Source: Candidatus Scalindua sp.
Lineage (GTDB): Bacteria; Planctomycetota; Brocadiia; Brocadiales; Scalinduaceae
Length of the DNA stretch: 32,000 bases
Direction of reading: 5' to 3'
Assembly (NCBI GenBank): GCA_031316235.1
Contig: JALDRA010000001.1
Location: 30,001-62,000 of the forward strand
A program made the translations under genes and the position numbers. Each line of letters starts with the position of its first letter. Within the stretch, counting starts at the first letter, position 1. This document shows positions 10,753 through 20,224 of the stretch, piece after piece. The notes under the pieces were generated by a model, which was given only the letters and a program-made list of their open reading frames with translations, had not been told where the DNA came from and ran no database searches.

Positions 10753-12624
10753 TCATGCAAACCGAATATGCCATTCTTCAAGTACCAATAATTGCCACAA
10801 AACACGGTGATGGTCAACATGCCCTGATAAATGTTCATCCAGGACTCTCCTAATCATATTTGTTTTAAAATATCCTCTTTCGATTGCTTGTTTAGACAAA
10901 AGTGTATCAGATACATAATCAGAAAGTTCGTTTCTAAACATAATTTTCAAAGGAGTAGGAAAACCCATCTTCTTTCTCTTGATAATATCAATGGGTAACT
11001 TACTCTGCATCAGTTTTTTCAGTAAATATTTAGTTGTTCCCGCTCTAACTTTATATTTTGAAGGTACTGTGGCCGCAAACTCAACAAGACGATGATCAAG
11101 AAAAGGAACGCGTAGTTCCAAAGAAGCAGCCATAGACATTCGATCCGCTTTTATTAAAAGATCATCCACTAACCATGTTTTTGTGTCAAAATATAGCATT
11201 CTACTAAGAGAATCACTGTTCGCTGTATTTTCAAAAATAGATGAAATAAAACTATCATTGCTATTTTCTTCTCTCGTTAAATAATCTCTAAATTCTTTGT
11301 GATATAAATCGTCCTTAAATTTCTCATCATAAGAAGAAATCCCCTTGTAACGGTTTACCAAACTTTTAGTGCTTAATATAAAATATTTATGTACTTTCTG
11401 AGAAGAAATAAACTTGCTAGCTGCACCATAAATGAATTTACTAAATGTTGTCCCAAAAATGCGCCGATAGTTTTCAATAGCGAGATTGTAAACATAAAAA
11501 TCGTATCCTCCAAAAAGCTCATCTGCTCCTTCACCACTCAAAACGACAGTTACATGCTTCTTGGTTAACTTTGATAGATAATACAAAGAGATTGCAGCGG
11601 ATTCAGTTACGGGCTCATCCATATGTTGTACATAGCCCGGAATAAATTCCTTAAATTCTTTTGAAGTTAACATCAGTTCATGATGATCTGTATTGAAATA
11701 GTCGGATACTTGCTTAGCATAGTTTGTCTCGTTATATTCAGGTCCAAAATCGTATGCAACCGAAAACGTTTTCAATCGCTTTGCCACTCTAGTAGCTAAA
11801 AGAGCAACAACCGAACTGGAATCAAGACCGCCACTCAAAAAAACACCTAATGGGACATCACTCCTTAATCTCAAGTTAATTGCATCATTTAACAAAGTTT
11901 CCAATTGATCGACATAATAATCTAATCCTTTGTCCGTATCTTGCGAAAATGTGAAATCCCAATATTTTGAAACCTTAAATTCGTCTTTACTATATATAAG
12001 ATAGTGGCCAGGTAGCAGTCTTTTTATCCATTTATTGAGAGTATTTTCTCCGGGTATATATCCAAAACTCATATAAGAATCAATTAATTGAAGGTTAATT
12101 GATGATTTATCTTTTTGTAGAGATACAATACATTTGACTTCCGAGGCAAATAAAAATCGTGCCCCATTAAAAGAATAATAGAATGGTTTAATGCCTATAC
12201 GATCCCTTGCCGCGAATAATACTTTTCTTTTACAATCCCATATAGCAAAAGCGAACATACCTATTAATCTATTTAAACAATCCGTACCCCAATAATCATA
12301 AGCGTATAATAAAACTTCCGTATCTGTAGAAGTTTTAAAATTATACTGAGCCGTCTCTAATTCTTTTTTTATTTCTAAATAGTTATATATCTCTCCATTG
12401 AAAACAATATGCAAACTATTATCCGAATTACACATTGGTTGTTTCCCTGATGGTCTCGGATCGATAATGCTTAACCTCCTATGGCCCAATGCAACGCCAT
12501 CAGACGTTAATATTTTAATACCGCAATCATCCGGCCCCCTATATGATATAAGATCACGCATTTTCACAATATCGCTTTGCGTAGGAGGAGAAGAAAAATC
12601 TAGAATACCAACAATTCCACACAT
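10753..12624 (-). CDS. second asparagine synthase family amidotransferase
   Basis: 623 aa with an MCGIVG N-terminus and the SGGLDSS PP-loop. It is collinear with the 3720-5570 product but clearly diverged. Confidence 0.9.
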   Translation of the reverse strand: MCGIVGILDFSSPPTQSDIVKMRDLISYRGPDDCGIKILTSDGVALGHRRLSIIDPRPSGKQPMCNSDNSLHIVFNGEIYNYLEIKKELETAQYNFKTSTDTEVLLYAYDYWGTDCLNRLIGMFAFAIWDCKRKVLFAARDRIGIKPFYYSFNGARFLFASEVKCIVSLQKDKSSINLQLIDSYMSFGYIPGENTLNKWIKRLLPGHYLIYSKDEFKVSKYWDFTFSQDTDKGLDYYVDQLETLLNDAINLRLRSDVPLGVFLSGGLDSSSVVALLATRVAKRLKTFSVAYDFGPEYNETNYAKQVSDYFNTDHHELMLTSKEFKEFIPGYVQHMDEPVTESAAISLYYLSKLTKKHVTVVLSGEGADELFGGYDFYVYNLAIENYRRIFGTTFSKFIYGAASKFISSQKVHKYFILSTKSLVNRYKGISSYDEKFKDDLYHKEFRDYLTREENSNDSFISSIFENTANSDSLSRMLYFDTKTWLVDDLLIKADRMSMAASLELRVPFLDHRLVEFAATVPSKYKVRAGTTKYLLKKLMQSKLPIDIIKRKKMGFPTPLKIMFRNELSDYVSDTLLSKQAIERGYFKTNMIRRVLDEHLSGHVDHHRVLWQLLVLEEWHIRFA

Positions 12625-12655
12625 TTAGTAATTTTTAATAATGAAAATAAAATTT

Positions 12656-12774
12656 TATATGGGCCTGTTGCACAAACCAAAATCCAGTCATTCTCAATGC
12701 TATATATAGTAGTGTGTTTTAATAGTTGCTACATTATATAGATCATTATTTAGTTTGTGCAACAGGCTCATATA
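12656..12774. repeat. 119-bp unit closed by 22-bp near-perfect inverted repeats
   Basis: 12656-12677 is tatatgggcctgttgcacaaac. The reverse complement of 12753-12774 is tatatgagcctgttgcacaaac, matching 21/22. The arms are 75 bp apart, in the gap between the AsnB-like gene and a GT4 gene. Confidence 0.7.
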
Positions 12775-12809
12775 TAAGTTATATTATTGAAGTATTATTT
12801 TCAATAACA

Positions 12810-13916
12810 TCATAAAGAATACAATCTAGAATATGAATCTATCATATTATGAATAGAGAAGCGTTCTTCAACCAATTTCCTATTAAATATCCCCATTTTT
12901 TTTCTTAAAGAATCATCTTCTAATATCTTATCGATATGGTTCAAAAACATCTCACTGTCTCCCAATCTAACAAGGTAACCACCTTCACGATTAACAACCA
13001 ACTCACCGTTACCACCTACATCATACGCAATAATCGGAAGGCCACAAGCCATAGCTTCCAGAATAACATTTGATATCCCTTCGCTTAGTGATGGTAATAC
13101 AAAAACATCAAAACACTTCAACACAAGGTGAACATCGTCTCGATTCCCCATAAGAACAACACGCCCCTTTGCATCCATATCATTTATGATACTTTTTAAA
13201 TTGTACATTTCAGGTCCATCTCCAATAATAACTAACTTATACCCGGAATCTTTTGATATCGTGCCTTTAACCAACTGATCAATATTTTTACCTTTATCAA
13301 GCCTTGCTACAGCGCCAACAATCATTTGATCATCACTCCAACCATGTATCTTTCGAATACTAGAATTATCTGATGGAACAAATTTTTCCACATCTACACC
13401 ATTAAAAATTACATCAATTTTTCTTTTAATTTTATACACTTGTATCATTTCATTTTTTAACTTATCAGACAAGAGCAATAAATGGTCTACACGATTAAAA
13501 ATATATTTTTTAATTAAGGTGTTAAGCTTCTTGTTGTCATCAATATCTTCAAAGTGTCGTCCGTGCTCTGAATAAATTATCTTATCCAAACCAGCAATCT
13601 TTGCTGGCAGAAAACCTTCCAGCATCGTAGCCCAATTTCTAAGATGTAAAATATCAATCTTCTCTTTTCGAAATATTTTAAATAATTTAAAAAAGACTTT
13701 AATATCATTACCATTACGTTTATTTAATTCATAAAATTTAACTTCATTATTTTTTTGAATTCTTTCTTTAATTGAACCTACTTTGGTTAGTGAACAGATA
13801 ATGTGCTGGAATTTTTCTCTATCTAAATTATTAACTATATTTATTAACCCATTTTCCAAGCCACCTATACCATCAAATGAATATACTAAATGACAAACCG
13901 TTGTTTTAGTTTTCAA
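12810..13916 (-). CDS. glycosyltransferase family 4 (GT-B, group 1)
   Basis: 368 aa with ..PSLSEGISNVILEAMACGLPIIAYDVGGNGELV.. typical of GT4 sugar transferases in EPS loci. Confidence 0.85.
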   Translation of the reverse strand: MKTKTTVCHLVYSFDGIGGLENGLINIVNNLDREKFQHIICSLTKVGSIKERIQKNNEVKFYELNKRNGNDIKVFFKLFKIFRKEKIDILHLRNWATMLEGFLPAKIAGLDKIIYSEHGRHFEDIDDNKKLNTLIKKYIFNRVDHLLLLSDKLKNEMIQVYKIKRKIDVIFNGVDVEKFVPSDNSSIRKIHGWSDDQMIVGAVARLDKGKNIDQLVKGTISKDSGYKLVIIGDGPEMYNLKSIINDMDAKGRVVLMGNRDDVHLVLKCFDVFVLPSLSEGISNVILEAMACGLPIIAYDVGGNGELVVNREGGYLVRLGDSEMFLNHIDKILEDDSLRKKMGIFNRKLVEERFSIHNMIDSYSRLYSL

Positions 13917-14092
13917 TTGTTCAACAAAATCTAATAAATACTAAAAAACAAACCTTATTGTAGAATTTAATGAGTCTTTTCTAACAGAAAAACAATTTTG
14001 GTTTAGTGAAATGCACTACAATACGAAAAAAAACATCTATATTGCATGGATAATAAAAGTCATCGCCATTCGTTTAGGCTAAATGGAAGTGA

Positions 14093-14275
14093 CCTATCTG
14101 CACGCCATTTAAGATATTTTTATCACATTGGGCAAAATATCTTAAATGGCAAGAAGTGGCCATGCAATTTCGTACTTCATGGAAAAATGTATTTGAGTTG
14201 ATCGAAAATGTTGTTGAATATGGATTAAAGCATCGCATCTTAGATAATATCAACGCAATTGGCATTGACTTATAG
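14093..14275 (+). pseudogene. ISL3-family transposase internal fragment
   Basis: A 61-codon open frame without a start reads PICTPFKIFLSHWAKYLKWQEVAMQFRTSWKNVFELIENVVEYGLKHRILDNINAIGIDL*. It resembles the ISL3 HTH region (..L.W.EVA..F..SW..V...V...V..GL..R.L..V..IGVDE). Confidence 0.55.
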
Positions 14276-14302
14276 CGCAAAAACCAAACCAGACAACACT
14301 GA

Positions 14303-15097
14303 CTACTTCTGTAAATTAGGTCTTTTAAAGATGTATTTATGCTTCCTAAAATAATATATCAGGCCTTTAACATGATTTATTTTGAACATATTTATTTTTA
14401 GACCTCGTGATATTTCCTGAGCATTATGGATAGCCTGTACCTCTGGACAATATAATACTTTGTAGCCTTTCTTCCACACACGGAGGCAATAATCAACGTC
14501 TTCCGGGGCATAAAAGATATTTTCATCCAGTAAACCAGTCTGTTCAATCACTTTTCTTTTTAACACCCAAAATGCCGAAATAGCATAATTAACCTCTTTA
14601 GGTTCTTGTCCTTGTGACAACATATCTTCTCTGTTTTCCATTGTTTTAAGGAAAAGATAACGAAACATCTTTGAAAAAATAGTCGGAAAAGTGTCTGTTG
14701 ATTTCTGTAATTTACCGTCAGGGTAAGTCAGCATTGGGGCAACTAGACCAACTTTTTCATTGTTGTTAAGGATTTTAATTAATTTTTCTACTGAACCACT
14801 AGATACCACAACATCACAATCCAAAATTACGATATACTTACCTTTAGCCCTCTTTAATGCCATATTTCTAGAATACGTTGTGCCTGTATTGCAATCTAGT
14901 AAGATTGGCAATATCTTATCACTATAAGTATCCTTATAATCATTGATAATAGATCTTGTACAATCTGTAGATCCATTATCAACTAGAAATATTTCATATA
15001 TAAACTTACTATTGTCAAGAGAAGTTAATAATGTAGTGAGGCACTTCCTAACGTGGCATTCAGAATTCCATGTCAATATAATAAATGATATATCCAT
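14303..15097 (-). CDS. glycosyltransferase family 2 (soluble GT-A type)
   Basis: 264 aa: ISFIILTWNS..VDNGSTD..ILDCDV (DXD) ..EDVDYC. Confidence 0.85.
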   Translation of the reverse strand: MDISFIILTWNSECHVRKCLTTLLTSLDNSKFIYEIFLVDNGSTDCTRSIINDYKDTYSDKILPILLDCNTGTTYSRNMALKRAKGKYIVILDCDVVVSSGSVEKLIKILNNNEKVGLVAPMLTYPDGKLQKSTDTFPTIFSKMFRYLFLKTMENREDMLSQGQEPKEVNYAISAFWVLKRKVIEQTGLLDENIFYAPEDVDYCLRVWKKGYKVLYCPEVQAIHNAQEISRGLKINMFKINHVKGLIYYFRKHKYIFKRPNLQK

Positions 15098-15520
15098 TGA
15101 TTAATCACTCTGATCTAAAATTATTTTCAAAAAATTGTCCGTTAAAAATCAGAGTGTGAAGAATCTTGAATCTTGGAAGCAGCCAAATCACAGGCAATTG
15201 CAGACATCCTCCGTACAACAATCAAAACATCCGGCAACACAAGCATCAAAGTAAGTTGAAAGGGCTTCATCGCCTCTACAGAGTTCTATTATATATATTA
15301 TTAGCAAATAAATTTTTGAATATTGTTGTTGAATGAACTTACAAAGTTCACTCATCTATTATAAAGTTTGTAATTATTTAAACTATAAGACAGTGTTGCC
15401 CGGTTGGGTTTTTGAACTTGCGTATAGGAAATAGGTATACTAATCATTTAGAAAGCAATTTTAAAAGTTCAAATATTGTTGTTTTATAAAGCATCATTAA
15501 ACCTGTATGATCAATTATAA

Positions 15521-17497
15521 TTAATAGTGGTTATTACCCGGGGGGATTTTTAATACATTAAAAGCACCATCGATACTTGTATAAACAGCATATTTTGAAA
15601 GATTTTCAAATCTTAATTGTGGGTTGACACTCCCAGGATATTTTTCAGTATAATCTATTATCCATACAGTCTCTTTTATATTATTTAGTAAGTTAACGAG
15701 ATCGTCGTATTTATACATCAAATATGCACCGGTCCAAAACTCTTTTGTTCCATTTAATATTGATATAGCGGAAAACTCTATATTCTTGTCGCTCTTAAAA
15801 ACATAACTTATTCTTTTTAAATAATGACAACAAGGTAACTCCTTAATAATAATGATGTCATTCTCTCCAGCATTCTTGTCAATAAAATTTGCGGGGGACT
15901 TAAAATCGCATCTAGGATAAAAGTGAATTGCTTTTTGTAAATCATGATGCATTCTAAAATTTATCTGTGGTGAACTTATGTTCCATAAATGATTAATTTC
16001 GAAGTCATCAGTATTTACAAATATAAATATTGCAAAAAAAAAGAATATTAATGATTGACACTTAATGCTTCCAAATCGTTCTGCTAAATATTTAATAAAG
16101 TAAAGCAATACCAATATAGCAACTGGATACAAAAAAAATCCATATCTGGTAGTTCTGTAATTCGTAGGCAAAATTCCCAATAAAGATGTACATGATATCA
16201 TCACAAATATTAATACTCGTAATTGACATGTCTTATTATTTTCTCTGTTAACAAAAAGGAGAAAAGTGATATATAAAGCCGCAATTAAAAAGCAAATGGA
16301 AATAATCGGAATAGCGTTTCCCCAAGGAAAGATTAATGCATCAAAAATATTAGGATATTTAAAAAGTACAACTAAAATCTTCTTTATACTTATACTTGAC
16401 AAGTTTTCAAATTCGCCAATCCATTTGTTAGTAAAAATACCATATAAAAGCCAAAAATTAAAAGTAATTACTACGCAAGCTATAGTTTTTTGTATTGCTT
16501 TATTTTTACTGTCTTTAATGTCAACCTTATTTATAACTATCATGGCTAACATTACAAGTAAAAGCAGGCCAAACATTTGAGCCAAGCTTAAGAAAACCAA
16601 TATTGACATTATAGTTTTCTTATCATTCGTCAAATATATGTCTTTCCACAATCTATATACGGCATAGATATTAATTGAAAATACTAACACATAAGCGAAA
16701 AACCATTCCCTTAATTGAATAATTGTGTTTAAGAAATAAAGGTCAGGAAAGATGGAATTTTTCGAACCTATAAATTTTTGATATTCTATAGGAAGATGAC
16801 TAGAGGTTCCGAGGTGTCTGAAATCAAACTTCAAATAGAAATATCCACATAACAGTATCACGGAACTTGCAAGAATATGTTTTCTTATCTCACCAACAGA
16901 TCCAAATAGCAATGGCAAAAACAATAGTAAAAGTATAAAAATCGTAGCTTCATGAACAAATATACTGCAGATAGCAATGGCGTACAACCATTTAATTTTA
17001 TTTTGATCTTTGTCAACTATAACGTTTAACAAAATTAACAAAAACCACAAAAATGCACATTGAAAAGCTGTGTACATTCTTACAAATCTTGATAACTCAA
17101 TTTCCCATAACGATATACTAAAAATACAGATAGCCGCAAGGCCTAATGTTTTCCCTCCGATCCTTCTGCCTAATAAATATAATGCAGGAAAAGACAGTAG
17201 ATTGAAAAATAAAGAGCCATACCTGAGAGTACCTTCATTAAATCCCCAAATTAAAGATATAAATGCCTCAAAATATTGGAATAATAACCCACGGGTATAA
17301 TATCCACCATATTCAAATTTTGGAATTCCATAGTCCAGGATCTTGCTTACAGAAGTTGCAATAAAAAATTCATCTACCGCAAAACACCATTTCCCAATAT
17401 CAACAAATCTGAAATAAATCCCTGATGCAATAAAAAATAATACAATAACAGATATTAATTTATTTTCGATATTTAGTATTTTTGATGTGTTATACAT
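15521..17497 (-). CDS. large polytopic membrane protein, probable GT-C fold (ArnT/PMT-like, GT39/83) glycosyltransferase
   Basis: 658 aa with about 13 or more hydrophobic segments followed by a soluble C-terminal domain of about 150 aa. An acidic motif follows the first helix (FAVDEFFIATS), as in ArnT/PMT enzymes. Assigned by architecture only. Confidence 0.55.
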   Translation of the reverse strand: MYNTSKILNIENKLISVIVLFFIASGIYFRFVDIGKWCFAVDEFFIATSVSKILDYGIPKFEYGGYYTRGLLFQYFEAFISLIWGFNEGTLRYGSLFFNLLSFPALYLLGRRIGGKTLGLAAICIFSISLWEIELSRFVRMYTAFQCAFLWFLLILLNVIVDKDQNKIKWLYAIAICSIFVHEATIFILLLLFLPLLFGSVGEIRKHILASSVILLCGYFYLKFDFRHLGTSSHLPIEYQKFIGSKNSIFPDLYFLNTIIQLREWFFAYVLVFSINIYAVYRLWKDIYLTNDKKTIMSILVFLSLAQMFGLLLLVMLAMIVINKVDIKDSKNKAIQKTIACVVITFNFWLLYGIFTNKWIGEFENLSSISIKKILVVLFKYPNIFDALIFPWGNAIPIISICFLIAALYITFLLFVNRENNKTCQLRVLIFVMISCTSLLGILPTNYRTTRYGFFLYPVAILVLLYFIKYLAERFGSIKCQSLIFFFFAIFIFVNTDDFEINHLWNISSPQINFRMHHDLQKAIHFYPRCDFKSPANFIDKNAGENDIIIIKELPCCHYLKRISYVFKSDKNIEFSAISILNGTKEFWTGAYLMYKYDDLVNLLNNIKETVWIIDYTEKYPGSVNPQLRFENLSKYAVYTSIDGAFNVLKIPPGNNHY

Positions 17498-17634
17498 ATG
17501 ACTGTGTTAGTTCTAGTGCTTATAATTGAAATATGTGATAATGGTTTTTATTGAGTTAAAATTTCCTTGCCGTTGATGATTATGTGATACCCATAAAGGG
17601 TAAACGGTTTTGCACCTCATTGCACTTCAAATTT

Positions 17635-18033
17635 AATAGAACACAGAACAACACGGATTACGCATATTTTAAGGGTTTTTGTGTCTGATCATTGGTAAAT
17701 ATTTTTCTCTTAAATTCGGCTCTCTTCTCAAATTTTAGCAGAAGTCCTACTTGGATTTTGGCTGCTTTCAAATAATTATTCAATTGAAATTCATGAACTT
17801 CGCAAATAGTCCCAGCCACTTTTAATGGTAACACTACAACCAATTTTACTTAATTCCATTACCATCGCATTTTCATTAGTTTTTTCTAAAACCCCAATAC
17901 CAAGTTTGTTGTTTACTTCATAAAATGATTTTATTATTCTTCCTGTAATATCCTTGTCTAGAATTTAATTTTTATATCATAAATTTTTTTATCTGTGAAA
18001 TATCCGTATCCTCAGAGTTATCCGTGGTCTATT
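17635..18033 (-). mobile_element. decayed class-1 GxxExxY cassette with both bounding repeats
   Basis: The left arm at 17635-17660 is aatagaacacagaacaacacggatta. The right arm at 17988-18033 is tttatctgtgaaatatccgtatcctcagagttatccgtggtctatt. The interior is collinear with 19585-20097 apart from an internal deletion. Confidence 0.65.
17658..17964 (-). pseudogene. GxxExxY protein pseudogene (class 1)
   Basis: It aligns at nucleotide level to 19621-20079 but lacks about 30 central codons. The start codon is changed: intact cttgtgtaacat versus ccttgtctagaat, so ATG becomes ATT. Confidence 0.75.
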
Positions 18034-18145
18034 GTACTCATCTTATAATGGTTTTCGGATAAAATCCGAGAAAAAACGGAGCGAGTATAACTGCAACCAA
18101 GCTTTGTTTTTTAGAAAAAGCTAAAACCAAAGCGGTTTTAGTATA
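18033..18145 (+). repeat. MITE family 1, full length (copy A)
   Basis: tgtactcatcttataatggttttcggataaaatccgagaaaaaacggagcgagtataactgcaaccaagctttgttttttagaaaaagctaaaaccaaagcggttttagtata. It abuts the cassette arm at 18033 and ends 10 bp from the FemAB-like stop codon. Confidence 0.85.
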
Positions 18146-18155
18146 TCCTTGTATA

Positions 18156-19247
18156 TCACAAACTTACATATTTTCTGATTGCAGGACCTATACGGTTTGT
18201 TACACAGAGTGGTAATTTCTGCCATATTTGTTCTATTTTTTCCCTATTTGATGAAGTTGTTGCATTAAAGTTAAGTTTCTTGCCGTTCATAATTATATAA
18301 TTCCAAAATAGAGGAACAGGCATTGAACTCCATTGCAGTTTAAATTTATAGGTACCTTCATCAGGTGTAGATCGACCAAAATCAAATTGCACATACCCAT
18401 TATCAGCAGAGAATTTTAAAAAATTCCAGTAAAGGAGCATATTGGGTGAAAGGCGGTTGTACTCACGTAAAGTAGATGCCCATGAGACCCAAACACTCTT
18501 ACTAGTGCTTAAAATAATTCCACCACCAACCGGTTTATTACTATAATAAACTAATCCTAAACGGGCGTTCTCACCATAATGTCGTAAGATATTTCTAAAC
18601 CATTCTTTTGAGTGAACGGGTGAACCAAGCTCCCTCATGTTTCTGCAAAAAACCAGATAAAATTCAGCAAAATGTTTAATATCACCCCAAACAAAATCCA
18701 ATCCATTTTTCTCAGCCTTACGAATTTGACTGCGTAGTTTAGATTTGAAACTAACCATCAGCTTATTAGACGACGATGGTATTTCAAGTAACATGCTGAC
18801 TTTATGAGATTGAGTATTTACTTGTAAATCCTGTTCCTGAGAAAATGTGGTTAAGTTATGGCTGCGTAATTCTATTCGTTTTGCCTTTAGTTTCCTGGCC
18901 ATTGATGTCGCTTCCTTTATGAGTTTGTCTCGTGCTTCATTACAACTGCTCAATATGCCACCCAAATCACAATATGGTAAAGAAACCAACTGACCAGACA
19001 AGAGTGGTGGTTTCATAAATATTAAAGGTAATACCCCAAGTAACTTCCCGCTTTCTCCTGCCATCAGGTAGTATCCCTTGTGTTTGTAAGCATCTTCAAC
19101 AGCCATTTTCCATGCAAAAAGATGGTATGCTGAACCATTCGGATGAGACAATATATACTCATCCCACGCTTCCCTGTCTTCAATGCTAGCTAATCTTATA
19201 TTCATGCTTCTTGGTTCAACGGTTTTTTCATAGAACACAGACGACAC
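18156..19247 (-). CDS. FemAB-family protein of the PEP-CTERM/EPS-locus type
   Basis: It has the GNAT-like FemAB architecture with ..FDFGRSTPDEGTYKFKLQWSSMPVPLFWNY.. near the C-terminus. The track start at 19247 is GTG and lies inside a cassette repeat. ATG at 19205 (MNIRLASIEDREAWDEY..) is the more likely start. Confidence 0.75.
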   Translation of the reverse strand: MSSVFYEKTVEPRSMNIRLASIEDREAWDEYILSHPNGSAYHLFAWKMAVEDAYKHKGYYLMAGESGKLLGVLPLIFMKPPLLSGQLVSLPYCDLGGILSSCNEARDKLIKEATSMARKLKAKRIELRSHNLTTFSQEQDLQVNTQSHKVSMLLEIPSSSNKLMVSFKSKLRSQIRKAEKNGLDFVWGDIKHFAEFYLVFCRNMRELGSPVHSKEWFRNILRHYGENARLGLVYYSNKPVGGGIILSTSKSVWVSWASTLREYNRLSPNMLLYWNFLKFSADNGYVQFDFGRSTPDEGTYKFKLQWSSMPVPLFWNYIIMNGKKLNFNATTSSNREKIEQIWQKLPLCVTNRIGPAIRKYVSL

Positions 19248-19581
19248 GGATAACGTAGATTATCACGGATTATTTTCCGATTATTGTTAAAAACTTCTGT
19301 AACATCCTTGTGAAGCATTAAATTCTAACATCCTATCTTTATTTATCAGTGAAACATCCGTGTTATTACTGTTGTCCGTGTTCATTTGATAGAACGCAGG
19401 GGCCACGGGTTGACACAAAATTTCACGTGTTTTATTTCTGGTCATTGATAAAGATTTTTCTGTATTGTCCTTGCCTAACATTGGATTGTTTCAACCTATT
19501 TTTGTTTATCTGTGAGACACCCGCGTTATCGGTGCTATCCGTGTTCTATTGATTGAACGCAGATAACGCGGGTGGCATAGG
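19231..19581 (-). mobile_element. two gutted class-1 GxxExxY cassettes in tandem, separated by palindromic repeat junctions
   Basis: Remnant r1 keeps ATG (19316-19318) plus about 12 codons (MLHKDVTEVFNN). Remnant r2 keeps ATG (19479-19481) plus about 11 codons (MLGKDNTEKSL) fused to the last few codons and 3' UTR (19417-19446). The repeat junctions are at 19338-19416 and 19501-19581. Confidence 0.6.
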
Positions 19582-19610
19582 TTTTCACAGGTTTTGTTTT
19601 TGATCATTGG

Positions 19611-19723
19611 TATACTCATCTCATAATGGTTTTCGGATAAAATCCGAGAAAAAATGGAGCGAGTATAACTGCAACCAAGATTTAGTTTCCGGTAAAACCG
19701 AAAACCAAATCGGTTTTAGTATA
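19611..19723 (+). repeat. MITE family 1, full length (copy B), with TA target-site duplication
   Basis: The filled site is cattgg-TA-tactcatc...ggttttagta-TA-aatattttt. The paralogous empty site at 17691-17705 is cattgg-TA-aatattttt. Confidence 0.85.
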
Positions 19724-20079
19724 AATATTTTTCTCCTAAATTCGGCTTTTTTACCAAAATTTAGTAGAATGCCTACTTCTATTTGGGTTGCTTTCAAATA
19801 GTTGATCAATTGAAATTCATGATGTTCACAAATAGTCTCAGCCACTTTTAATTCTACAATAACCAAATCATCTACTATTAGGTCAGCATAATAGTCTCCA
19901 ACTTCCTCCTTGTCATAATAAACTTTAATATTTTTCTGCTTAGAAACAGTACAACCAATTTTACCTAGTTCGATTGCCATCGCATTTTCATAAACTTTTT
20001 CTAAGAACCCAAAACCTAGTTTGTTATTTACTTCATAAAAAGCTTTTATTATTTTCCCAGTAGTATTCTTGTGTAACAT
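19621..20079 (-). CDS. GxxExxY protein (PD-(D/E)XK fold), class 1, C-terminus replaced by MITE read-through
   Basis: It has GFLEKVY (GxxExxY) and D..VELK motifs. Homology to the paralogs ends at ..AEFRRKIF. The last 44 codons are translated from MITE copy B, and the ancestral stop lies at 19585-19587. Confidence 0.85.
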   Translation of the reverse strand: MLHKNTTGKIIKAFYEVNNKLGFGFLEKVYENAMAIELGKIGCTVSKQKNIKVYYDKEEVGDYYADLIVDDLVIVELKVAETICEHHEFQLINYLKATQIEVGILLNFGKKAEFRRKIFILKPIWFSVLPETKSWLQLYSLHFFSDFIRKPL

Positions 20080-20224
20080 TAAATTCTTATATCATACTTT
20101 GTTTATCTCTGAAATTTCCGTGTCATCAGTATTATCCGTGTTCTATTATCCAATCAACTATTTGAACCCATTTATTTCGGAAGGAAATCATCTAATATCG
20201 GAATGATGCACTGCACTCCATTTG

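Noticed and set aside
14074-14280. 68-aa minus-strand ORF between two glycosyltransferase genes.
   Set aside because: The opposite strand of the same segment encodes a recognisable ISL3 transposase fragment. The minus-strand ORF is its shadow.
19338-19581. Interpretation of the gene-plus-palindrome units as an integron cassette array with attC sites.
   Set aside because: The palindromes lack the RYYYAAC/GTTRRRY core sites (the stem ends in GTTATC/GATAAC). No intI-type integrase or attI is in the window. All cassettes carry the same gene family rather than diverse cargo.
19287-19801. Track ORFs 19287-19481 (-), 19349-19552 (+) and 19607-19801 (+). Likewise 25661-25873 (+), 27689-27886 (+), 31084-31272 (+), 105-326 (+) and 8146-8376 (-).
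   Set aside because: They run through cassette repeats, MITE copies or IS debris, and their sequences are just translations of those repeats. 19287-19481 begins with a genuine GxxExxY start-codon remnant but then reads through repeat DNA.
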